Of a DNA stretch of 64,000 nucleotides, positions 50,047-60,794 are shown piece by piece. The stretch comes from Ministeria vibrans ATCC 50519 (Eukaryota; Protista; Filasterea), in assembly GCA_943704425.1 (NCBI GenBank), contig CALSCP010001127.1:1-64000 (forward strand), read 5' to 3'. The position numbers and the translations under genes are program-made. Position 1 is the first letter of the stretch; the number at the start of each line of letters is the position of its first letter. The notes below the pieces were generated by a model. The model was not told the origin of the DNA, searched no databases, and worked only from the letters and a program-made list of their open reading frames with translations.

Positions 50047-52862
50047 CTACTCGACAGAGTTGGGCAGAATGGGCACAACGACACAGCCCATGCGCTCAAG
50101 GGCATGCTGCAGAGCACGCTCGTCCGTTCTGGCGCGTCCCAACAGTAGCACAGCCCCGCCACTTCCGGGGAACTTGGCCCCAGCACCAAACGACTGAGCA
50201 CACTCAATCATCTCCAAATTGGCTTCACCTGGAAACGGATCAGAAAGTCAGCAAGGACAGGGTAAACAAACCAACTGACTGTGTGCGGCATACCAATAGC
50301 TGGGTCGCCGTAGAGTGTGCGGCGCAAGGCAAAGTTCTCGTCCATCAGATCGGCCAGTCTGTCTGCATAATCGGCACTCTCCCACTGTGTGCACATCAGC
50401 GTGTGTGTGCGCTCGGCCAGTTCCCCAAATGCCTTCATTCCAGCGATGATCTATAATTTTCATACACATGTAATTCTAGTGTGTGAGGGGATCTGTTGAA
50501 GATCAGAAATAAAGAATGTACCGTCTCATCGCCAGCGTGCCATCGTTGCTTCACATTGCTACGAACGCAGCAATACAAGTTCAAGACACACACATACACA
50601 TACATATAAAATTAATGATGAAAAGGGTAGAAAAAAAAGGAGAAGCTGACCTGTGCATACGGCCCGAGTCGGAAGGGTCTGCAAGGAAAGCAAGGAGAAA
50701 GCGAAGGGACGCATATGCATGAGGCGGGACGTACTCATACGTCCCGTGCCCCTGGACCTCCATAAGAGAATGCGCAAAGTCCATGTACACGCACCCCTGA
50801 TACGCCTGAGAGAATGGGCGGAGGAATTCGGGAGATTAGGATTGGGGCGGAGAAAGGGAGAGTGTACCTGAATGACTCGGTCCTGCAGACCCGCCGCAAT
50901 GTCAAGCTCATCCGACTCGACCGACAGCACCAACTGAGGCCGAAGGGCCAGTGGAATGTCCGCTGTGCAAGACATACATACACACACAAAAAAAAAAAAA
51001 AAAAAAAAAAAAAAAACGACAAGCGTAAGGAAAAGTAGCAAAAAAAGGAAGGAATGTGGTGTAGTACCCTCAGTGATATGGAAGAAGTCCATGAGACACG
51101 CAAGAGTCGCCGACACAATGGCCGAACTGCCTGCAAGGCCAACCTACACACATCGAGTGACATGAAACAAAAAAAAATGTACACAGGCAGTCATTAAGTC
51201 ACCCTTCTTACCTGTCGCGGAATGTTTGTGTCGTAACTGAGTGTGAAGTTGTGACGTGCAAAGGCAATTCCGCGCTCGGTACAATACTGGTAGAACTTCT
51301 TACATGTCGCCTGAAAATACCGAGAGAGTATAACACACACACACACATCACATAATGGCCATGCAATAAAAACACACCAGTGAACAACCCCACATAACAA
51401 TGAATACTCATCCATCCAATGACACACACACCTGCATCAGGCGCAGTCCACCCTGATAGCCTTCTTTGCGGCTGATGCCATATAAATCCGCAAGCGATCC
51501 AAACTCGGTCGGATCGTTGAGTGGGTGTGGAATCAATCGTAGTTGCTCACTACGCTCAATGGTCGCCTGAGCGGATACAACGCGATTAAGTTACCAAAGA
51601 AAAGCAAAAAAAAAAATACACTTCCACCTCACCTTTGCCCAAAAGTTGCGGATAGAAAGCGAAATGGTTTTGCCGTTAAATCCATCAGAAGGATTACCCA
51701 TAAGACCCACTCGCGCAAAGGCCCGTTTGCTCACCCGCGCACCCTCCGCTCGCCCCTCCTCTACACACACGCACATCCAAAAAACAAAACAAAAAAGCAC
51801 ACACACACACTGTCAATTGCCTACGTCCCGCCCCCAACATCCACTCCAATCCAAATCCATACGCATCGATCGGCATTCGCTAATACACTCCTCATACTCC
51901 TTCAGCCCCACGTTTCCTACAATGTATAACGTTAAAAACACATGTAAAGAATAGATCGTTTAGCAACGGTCCTCTCAGCTGTCGCGTACCAATGAGCTTG
52001 AATTTAGTGGGCAGCTTCATGCCATAAAGCGGCACGTCTTGCGACAGGAGGTGTGCAAGAAAGAGCCCAAAGGGATGTTGCTCGGCGGCAGCCGACGCAT
52101 CGAGGTACGTGCGAAAGTGTGCCTTGGCTGACGGCTGGAAGCAGTACAGCACCACCGACGCATTGCGGCTCGTCGTCATGCCCGCCGAGGGTTTTTCAAA
52201 AAACCGCGTCACGCGCCCCGTCGCCGAGTCCAGCTCGACTATGCCGCGTGACGACGCCGACTCGTCCGCACTCAGTTCGTAATGCACAACAACGTTCGCC
52301 GCTTTCCCCTCGAAGAAGGCTGAAAACACAATGCAATCCAAATGAGAGGGCAACACCGACATCGCAACCAAGGCATAACGGTCTCTCACCGACAACACTG
52401 CTCAGGTCGAAGCTGTTCGGGTAGAAGGCCATGTCGCCCGCCACGACAGTGACTGCTTCGCGCGCCTCAATCGATTTCGCCCTCAGCACCAAATCAACGC
52501 TTGCGGCTGCTCCGAGACGCCCCTCGTGGCTCGTCGTTCCATCATTGATGATGTTGGCGATCGGAAAGTGGTGAGCGGACGCCCATCGCTCGTAGTACCT
52601 GTCGAGGGGACGGGTAAGCGATGAGGCGCACTCGTCGGCACTCCTACTTGTATTTGTTGGCATTGGTCACGAGAAAGACGTCGTGAAAGACACGCCGCAT
52701 GTCGATGGCCTCCCACCACATGTCCAGGGCTGATTTGGAGTTTGCGATCGGCAGGAGTGCTTTGGGCACACCCGCCAGTTTCGCATATCGGCCGGTTGTG
52801 TCGCGCTCCAGCTCTTCTTCGAGCCGCGTTCCATGGCCGGCGACCAGCAAGATGCAAATCAT
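50047..52862 (-). CDS. gkup: Bifunctional glucuronokinase with N-terminal nucleotidyltransferase (putative UDP-glucuronate pyrophosphorylase)
   Basis: MICILLVAGHGTRLE...PKALLP and VAGD (NTP transferase). GHMP kinase motifs ARVGLMGNPSDGFNGKTIS, TNIPRQVGLAGSSAIV, AGLQDRVIQ, MDENFALRR and AKFPGSGGAV. TAG at 50047-50049. Confidence 0.9.
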
Positions 52863-53095
52863 CTCGATCAGCCACTAGTCGAATCTCAAGAGGATTATTT
52901 CTGATTTCCGAGTGACGACTGACTTGAGAGAGTTGTCTGAGTGTTGAGACGAGTTCACTCTGATTTGGTTCCACAATATTCAATAACAACCGATTATTAA
53001 TTAAAGTTGAAACTATCCAGTAAGTGCAAAGGGGGTTGCATTGCGTCTGCACCCGTCTCCCCACTCATCGATCCGTGCGTTGTCCTGGACACAGA

Positions 53096-54040
53096 ATGCG
53101 TCTTGCCTCTGTGCTTCTCCTTTGTCTTTCTGCTGCTCTGGTGTTCGCCGAGGAGCCTGACAACCAGGACCTTCCGCCGGATGCCAGCGTAGAAGACATG
53201 AAGCCGCTGATGGACCCCAACGGACCGCCTCTCTGCGACGACCTGTCATCGTTTGTAACGAAAACACAAAATCCCATTTTCGACAACGTCATCGATTTGC
53301 GTCACTGACCCGTACACGCTTAGGAGGCACGCGCGACATGCGTCGAGGACATGATCATCGCCGTGAAAGGTACCACCGTGCTGTGCCGTGAAGCATGCTC
53401 TTCATTCGATTGGTTCTAAATCCGATTCCACTCAATCTGTCAATGTTTTTTTTTTTTTTTTTTTTTTTTTTTGTTCTTATTATTGCTCAGACATGCTTGA
53501 GACATTGGACAAGAGCGAATGTCTCGACCCCACGCTTTGGAGCTCGGACCAGCGGACTGTTTGCCACAAGGGCGTAAGACAACCCAATCAATCGATGTCA
53601 TTTTGTTTTGGTCTCTCACTCTCTCTCTATTTCTCTGTGTGTGTCCCTCTGCCGCGCGCAGGCCGGCGACGACCTGGTGACGGACATGTCGATGTGTTGC
53701 CTGATGCGCGACGACGCGACGCACAGCCACTGCAAGGAACACAAGAAGAAGGACTCAATGCCCACTGGTAGTGCATTGATGGGACAGCCATTGCACGCGC
53801 ACTCACCCGCTTGCGTCGCTCTTTTTCTTAGACGACTGCCTTGATCCACACTGCATGGAACACATCGCCTCGGTTGTCGACGCGGCACGTCAGGTCGCCG
53901 AGGCCTTTGACTCGTGCATTGCGCAGTCGGGTGAGACGCGACAGAGCTGTCCCGCTGCTGTCAGGACTGCCGCTGCTGTTCTCCTCGCCAAATTAATAAT
54001 AATTAATTTTTTTAAGAAAATAACGACAATTTTTTTTTAA
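53096..54040 (+). CDS. Secreted Cys-rich protein, novel family paralogue B, C-terminus apparently truncated
   Basis: Signal peptide MRLASVLLLCLSAALVFA, then LCDDLSSF|EARATCVEDM...|CLDPTLW...CHKG|AGDDLVTDMSMCC...|DCLDPHC. Homology stops at about 53990, running into AT-rich sequence. Confidence 0.72.
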
Positions 54041-54056
54041 AATTAATTCCTTTAAA

Positions 54057-54176
54057 ATGCTGAAACTGCTCGTCCTCACGCTCGCCGTCTGCGCAATTGC
54101 CGCAGCCAAGACCCCCAAGCCGCCCGTCTGCGATGACCCCGCATCGATTGTACGCACAAACACCATTTCCATTTGT

Positions 54177-54207
<31 letters not shown>

Positions 54208-54885
54208 TCTTCTCTTATTCGCCCCCGCTCTTGTCTCCCACTACAGGCTGCACGTGCTGGCTGTGTTGAAGACAAAGTGTCGGCTCTTCAGCGTACGTTT
54301 GGCGCATTGTTTTTTTTTTTCTCTCTCTCTCTTAACATTCATTAAACTTTCAGTTCTGCACACACTCGTCAACACACAACGATGCCTGGACCCCAGCTCA
54401 TGGAGCGAAGAACTGCCTTGCTCGGATAAGGTGACGATGGCGTCCAAACGCCCACTGTGGACTGATATCGTTGTGTGTAGCTTGCGACCGATTTGGTTGC
54501 CGATATTCGTCTTTGCTGTATCGATCGCACCAAGAGCGAGTGTCTGCACCACGCCGAGCATGACACCGAGCCAACAGGTATGTCTCCCCAATACACGATG
54601 CGCCGCAGCCTCATCCGTCGTATTCAAGGTGCCTGTGCCGAGCCCCAGTGCGTCAGTCAAACGGCTGCTGCGGTTAGCTCCGCCTCCAAGCTGCACGCGC
54701 TGTTTGCTGCCTGTATCGCATCACCTGCACGCGATACATCAGACTGCGTCAAATTTTTCAAGGTTTCGGCGCAGCTTCTCGCCGACCTGCGTAAGGCCGT
54801 CGCAATCATCCGGGGTAGTCATGTACGCTGTCGCCACGCCGACTTCGCCTTCCACGACGACGGCTCCTTCCACCTCGATCTCTAA
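54057..54885 (+). CDS. Secreted 12-Cys protein, novel family paralogue C, 5 exons
   Basis: Signal peptide MLKLLVLTLAVCAIAAA, then VCDDPASI|AARAGCVEDKVSALQ|...CLDPSSW...CSDK|LATDLVADIRLCC...|ACAEPQC...CRHADFAFHDDGSFHLDL*. Confidence 0.8.
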
Positions 54886-55018
54886 CCACGTTCACGCACC
54901 TATTGCACTGCCTGCTCTCCTTTTCGTGCACCCTTCTTTTTCACGTCTCCATCACTTTGTCCGAACTTTGTCCTTTCTGCATTTTATTCTTTCCCCCTTC
55001 TCTCTCCCTCTCTCTCCC

Positions 55019-55068
<50 letters not shown>

Positions 55069-55156
55069 CCTCCCTCTCTCTCCCATACTTTTATCTTTTG
55101 TTTGTTTACAGCAAAGCATATTTTATATTTATTTTCTACATTAATAATACCATTTT

Positions 55157-56080
55157 CTACACTTGCAAATAATGTGCGTGCGTCTGACATTTTCCAATGT
55201 GAGCGACAAGCGTTGCAAAGCGCGCGTCAAGAGCACTCAGTTCGTCTGGTTTAACTACATCAGATCGTTGATGCCACTGTACGAGCTGTGCGACCAGTCG
55301 TTGCGAGAGGGGTCTGGCTCCGTTGAGTGCACTGAGAGTAGCTTGGTGAAACACACAGATGGGCGTGCGCATTTGCTCTGAAAACAGAATCGCATTGGCA
55401 AGGGTTGTCGTCGACACACCCACGACAAATGCCTCATCGTTGTCAAAAAAGGCCAGACGATGCTGCGACGAGTCTGCATCGGGACACTCGTTGATGTTGG
55501 TCGATGAGTAGCGATCGAGATTGCCAGTCAGAAAGTCAAAGAGGTGCATAGCAGCATAGTCACCGACGCGCACTCGCGCCTGGCTGCTCGCCCCGCGAAT
55601 GTACTCAGTTGCCTGCAAGGTGGATGGATCGTCCGTGGCGCGAACGACACTCTGCCAGAGTGGCTCGACTGGCCACACCACACGACACTGCGCCATGAAC
55701 GGCGTCAAGGACCCCGTTTGCCTTCTGCCGTCTAGTATCACGTCGGTGCGCATCACAGTCTGCGGCACGTGCGACGACAGACCCAGCACAGCGGCCAGAG
55801 CCGAGGCAGCGACTTCGTGTGCTGGATGGGAGTGCGAGACGGACGGCTGAAGCGGCTTGAACAAATACGTGCGACCCTGCACGTCGTCAACGAGGCCCAC
55901 TACGCTCTTTCCGCTCGTGCGAAGACGCCGAGCAGGCTGAATAAGTTCGACATGGACCAGATCCACTGGCTGTGCTGCTCGTCCGACACGAAACTGTGGG
56001 TGAGTGGTAAGAGTGTGCAAAAGCAACACACACCCCACAGCGATGACGCACGCAGCACGTCTACAAGCCACCCTGCGCAT
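55157..56080 (-). CDS. Four-jointed (FJX1)/FAM20-type secretory-pathway kinase-like protein, intronless
   Basis: N-terminal anchor ACVIAVGCVLLLH, LFKP, HEVAASALAAVLGL..VP, LFDFLTGNLDR, FFDNDEAF, CVFHQATLSAL and LDARF. Confidence 0.72.
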   Translation of the reverse strand: MRRVACRRAACVIAVGCVLLLHTLTTHPQFRVGRAAQPVDLVHVELIQPARRLRTSGKSVVGLVDDVQGRTYLFKPLQPSVSHSHPAHEVAASALAAVLGLSSHVPQTVMRTDVILDGRRQTGSLTPFMAQCRVVWPVEPLWQSVVRATDDPSTLQATEYIRGASSQARVRVGDYAAMHLFDFLTGNLDRYSSTNINECPDADSSQHRLAFFDNDEAFVVGVSTTTLANAILFSEQMRTPICVFHQATLSALNGARPLSQRLVAQLVQWHQRSDVVKPDELSALDARFATLVAHIGKCQTHAHYLQV

Positions 56081-56335
56081 TAATACACTCCAAATCAACA
56101 CAACAGCAGCTGCATTCGTTCAGCCCAAACGTGAAATTGATTTAATTGAACTTAAGTCTTAAGCAAACAAACAAACTAAAAATCAGTCAGAGCGGACATC
56201 AATGAGTTACTTGACTGCATTGAAATAAGTATAAGTGACATATTCGTCTTGACGTCGATATCAGTCATGTTGCCCTCGCGTAGACAATCATTTTCGTCAA
56301 CAAGGGGAAGATGTAACGCGTGTGAAGCGTATTTT

Positions 56336-57286
56336 TTACGCGCTATGTTCGATAAGAAACGAGAGTGCCTCGGCAACATGCTCGCTGGTGTTCTCATGTT
56401 CGGAGAAGAGCACATTGAGTTCCTCTTCGAGAGCTGCGTGTGCTGTCGCGGGTACAGTTTGGTAGATGGCATGTGAAGGGCGGCTGAGCTTGCGCGGCGA
56501 CATGACCAGCATGTTGTGTGCGTCCAGTGCGTGCGCCTTAACAAGTGCCTCGTATATTGCCTGTGCCATGGCAAAAGTCACTCCATCATCTTTCAGACGA
56601 GAATGCAGCGTGGCTGCCGTGACGGGTTTCGGGTGACAGGCAAACTGGCGTGAAGCGATGCCGTTGGCCGTGAGCCGCGACACGGCGGCAGCAATGCCAC
56701 TGGCCGACGCCCAACGGGTGTCACCTGTCATGTAAATAAATGCGGTTGAAGCCATGGATTTACTGCTGAGTGAAGTGAAATCGCCGGGTGACACAATGGA
56801 GAGGACCCCGGCCAGCTTGAGGGTGGACGACAGTGTTGTGGCAAATGTTCCGCCTGAGCTTGCACCGATGGCGAACACGGGCAGCTCGTCCAGCCTAGGC
56901 ACATGCATGGCCTTGAGCGTGTCGACTGCTACACGCACACGGTCTCGCTCGCCCGCCTTCAGCGACCAGCAGCGTGAGCCAGTGCGATCTTCCGAGCCAA
57001 CTGCGACTGGCAACAGACCGGCTTCAGTCGCCACTCGGACGATTTGACGATCTTCCGGTAGCGTCATCCAGTCGTCGGGATCATGAGAGCAGCCATGGAA
57101 GAGAAGCGCAATGCCGCGCAATGGAGAAGGGGGCACAGTGGACGTGACAATCTCGACATTGTCGCCGAGAAACTGTTTGATGAATTTAGGGTGTGTGCCA
57201 TGCAAAACCGTCGAATTTTCGGTGGGCCACAAATAATAAATGCCAGCTGCAAGGAGTAGCAGCATGGCCATGGTTGATTTATTCAT
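56336..57286 (-). CDS. Secreted or membrane-anchored alpha/beta hydrolase, intronless
   Basis: Hydrophobic N-terminus, LLFHGCSH, nucleophile elbow GASSGG, and candidate Asp (MTGD) and His (SEHE). Confidence 0.75.
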   Translation of the reverse strand: MNKSTMAMLLLLAAGIYYLWPTENSTVLHGTHPKFIKQFLGDNVEIVTSTVPPSPLRGIALLFHGCSHDPDDWMTLPEDRQIVRVATEAGLLPVAVGSEDRTGSRCWSLKAGERDRVRVAVDTLKAMHVPRLDELPVFAIGASSGGTFATTLSSTLKLAGVLSIVSPGDFTSLSSKSMASTAFIYMTGDTRWASASGIAAAVSRLTANGIASRQFACHPKPVTAATLHSRLKDDGVTFAMAQAIYEALVKAHALDAHNMLVMSPRKLSRPSHAIYQTVPATAHAALEEELNVLFSEHENTSEHVAEALSFLIEHSA

Positions 57287-57428
57287 GCTGATAAAAAATG
57301 GATGGAAAATTCAAATTTGAAAATTCGAATCAATCATAAGTTCCTTTTCTCTTTCTTCATTCTTGTATCAGTAATTCTGAATTCAGTATTCAGCTGACAC
57401 TCTTTTCCCTCTCTTTTGACCCCACCTC

Positions 57429-60400
57429 ATGCGACCACTTCTGTCACTGGTTGCACGACGTGGCCGGCAGTCGTTGATGGTGCAGTCGCGGCTGCCAAGC
57501 GTTGCATTGACGCACAGACGAACTTACTCGACGGAACGGTGGACCTTGGCCATGCCCAACCCGGCGCTGCTGCTCAACAACATTGCGAAACGCTATGAAA
57601 GTCTCGCACGCGTCCTGATGGAGTATATCGACAACTCTTTTGACAATTTCGAACGATGGTATGAGAATAGTGTTTTTCGTCTTCGTCTTTGTCTTCCCGC
57701 CCTCTCACTCTTGTACCGTCGCCACCCCCCTGCCGTGCACCATGCAGCTACGACCCCAAGACGAACACGTACACGCCGACGTGGCTCCCCCACGGCGAGA
57801 GCTGTCGCGTTGTGGTGTCGTACAACCGTCGCGTCCGGTCGATATCCATCCACGACAATGGCATTGGAATGGACCGTGAGACGGTAAGCGCCATGGCGGC
57901 CCCGCCCAGCGCATGCCGCGCCCGACACTGCACGTGCACATGCCTCTTTCTAACGCGTGTCTTTTGCGTCGTGCCCCACAGCTCAACCGTCTTGTGTCGG
58001 GCATTGGCGCGTCCGTCAAGTGTGAAGACAACGCCACCAACGGCCGCTTTGGGTTTGGAATCCACGCCTTCCGCGCCTGCGCCAAGTACGTGACACTGTT
58101 ATCGCTACTCTCATTCTTTCTCTCTATCGCTTTCTGTCACTTTGCGTGACATTGTTTCTTCCCTTGCTTCTGTTATTGCCCGACTTCGTTTCTCTCTTTG
58201 CTTCTCTCTCTTTGTTTCTTCCCCTTCGTTTCTCTTTCTCTTACTTTGGTTCTATTATTGTACGACATTGTTTCTCTCTCTCTTTGCTTCTCTCTCTTTG
58301 TCTCTTTCCCGTTGTTTCTCTCTCTCTTACTTTGGTTTTATTATTGTACGACCACTCTCTCTCAGCTTCTCTCTCTCTTTGTTTCTTCCCCTTTGTTTCT
58401 CTTTCTCTTACTTTGGTTCTATTATTGTACGACCTCTCTCTGTCTTTGCTTCTCTCTCTCTTTGTTTCTTTCCCTTCGTTTCTCTTTCTCTTACTTTGGT
58501 TTTATTATTGTACAACATTGTTTCTCTCTCTTTGCTTCTCTCTCTTTGTCTCNNNNNNTTCTCTCTCTCTTTGCTTCTCTCTCTTTGTCTTTTTCCCGTT
58601 GTTTCTTTCTCTCTTACTTTGGTTCTATTATTGTACGACCTCTCTCTCTTTTGTATTATTGTACGACCTCTCTCTCTTTTGCTTCTCTCTCTCTTTGTTT
58701 CTTCCCCTTTGTTTCTCTTTCTCTTACTTTGGTTCTATCACTCTACTATTACTTTGTTTCTCCTTTGTTTCTCTCTTTTGCGTGCGTACGTGTTTGTGTT
58801 TTCTTGACACTGCGACAAATTTGTAATAGAGTTTTGACCGTGACGACACGTCCAGATATCAACCAGCCTGCTTCAAGGTTCTCCATTAGCCGAGCAACCG
58901 TAAGGCAATGGTTTGTTTCAATATTCTTACATATATATGGCTTTTGTCGATAGGCTGATCAGCAGATGCCCGAGGAGTTCATCCCCGAACCCAATCATCC
59001 GCTTGAGACACAGACTGGCTCCATTTTCACCCTTCATGAGATTGACCCTCACAGTCTCGACCAGTACAGCCCAACACGTTTGATAGGGGAGATTGAGAAC
59101 CACTTTGAGGTACTGCTGGGTCGAAAGAATGTCTCTGTTGCGGTGCACAATGCTTTTTCTGACGAGGTGAGCAGACGATTAGGAGAAAAGTAACAAATTG
59201 TTAACACCTTGAGAATAGACCAAGGACTGTCTCCCGTTTGACTATGGCACGGTGGGCGGCAAAGTGAGCATCAACGAAACACTTTCGTCGTCAGACAGTT
59301 CAGTTGAGGCGCGTGTGCGTTTGGTGGTACGAAAATAAACCGGAGCGAGACGGGGGGAGTTCCATTTTCTGTCTTCTCTGTAAATGCTGATTCGACAGAG
59401 TAGGTGTCTGATCATGAGACCATTTCGAGCAACAACCGACCGCGCTTCTTCTACGTGGGCCGTCGCATTGCAGATGTGGGCAAGGTACGGATGGAGAGCA
59501 AAGTGTCAAGTGGGACGTGACTGACAGTGTGCTCGCACAGATGGCGTCGTTCATGAAAGTGTCCAAAGCCAAAGGGTCGCTTTGGTCGCATCCACATCTG
59601 ACTGGCTACATTGAGCTGGTGAGTCACAACATTGAGCCCGTCATTACACGCGATGAGTTCCACAACAACAACTCACTTCGCACCGCCTACAAGCTCATTG
59701 CGGACCTCGAGGTATTTTTTGTCTGTTTTTTTTTTCACCTCTTGGAAGTTCTACTTGTTGCGCTTCTTGTGGTTTCAGCTGTTTGTCTTTTTGGCTTTGT
59801 TTGTCTCACTTTGTTGGATTTCGATGTAGCCCAAGTTGCAAGAGAGCGTCGAGAAAGTGATTGAGGAGAGGCGGGTTCATGCAATGGACGTGCTGGGCAA
59901 TGTGCTCAGCAGTGTGCTCAACTCGGTTGCGCGTGTGGACGCCCGTCGCAAGCGTGATCTTCAGGGCGAAGCTGACTCTATTGACGTGTCTGAGCATGAA
60001 CCGGAAAAGCGTCAATATAAGAAATCGACCATGACGGAGGAAGAGAGAGGTCAGGGAAGCATCGTTGCGATTTCAATGCCGATACACAACCACTGAACTG
60101 TACCTGTAGAAGAGGCCAAGCGCAAGCGTAACTTCAAAATTGCCTTTGTGCGAGACGGATTCCGCCAGACGGGCGAGGCGTTTGGAAACCGGGCGTACGT
60201 TGCCAACGACACTATCCACATCAACACACAACACCCCGACTTTGTCAGTCGCGTCGGTCACAGTACCACCAGGCTCATTTCAGAGCAGCTCTCGCAGTAT
60301 GTTGCTTCTCCTGCTCCCCCAATGCCCTCTTACCGTCTTTTTTCCCCTTTTTTCTTTAGCTACCTTTCTCAGCTGGTGGCCTTCCATTTCCGCGATGAAT

Positions 60401-60591
60401 CGTACAAGAAGAAGGACGTCCATCCTGCGCGGTACCATTTGCATCACCTTTGCCGCACCAACTCGCTCATTTTGTATCTTTATAGCGCCGAGTTTGCCGA
60501 GGATCTTGTTTCAGCGTCGCTGCTTGTCGAAGAGCATCTCAAGATGATGGCAAAGAAGAAGCGCAAGGGTGCAAAGTCTTTGGATGAATAA
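57429..60591 (+). CDS. GHKL (HATPase_c_3/MORC-like) ATPase with S5-like domain and predicted mitochondrial presequence, about 11-12 exons
   Basis: Bergerat-fold motifs LMEYIDNSFD, IHDNGIGMD, GRFGFGIHAF and TGSIFTL. Downstream LTGYIEL...EPVITRDEF and INTQHPDF. Arg-rich, acid-free N-terminus. Confidence 0.8.
58150..58780. repeat. Intronic pyrimidine-rich minisatellite
   Basis: Core CTCTTACTTTGGTT(C/T)TATTATTGTAC recurs about 6 times, with a small N-gap inside the array. Confidence 0.88.
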
Positions 60592-60794
60592 TAGTATTAT
60601 TATTAACATTATTCGTGAATTAATTGGACATCGAGTCACAAGACTTTGTAACATGCATTTGGATTAGTTTGTAGTTGTGGTATGCGTATGTGCATCACTA
60701 TTCAGACAATAGATTTGGATCAATCTTTGAGATGATTGAAAATTGACTAAAATCAAAAATGAGCTGAATTCAATCTTTTTGTCATCTTTTTGTC

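Noticed and set aside
58142-58953. Three hydrophobic ORFs resembling membrane proteins
   Set aside because: Translations of a CT-rich intronic minisatellite, open in all three frames.
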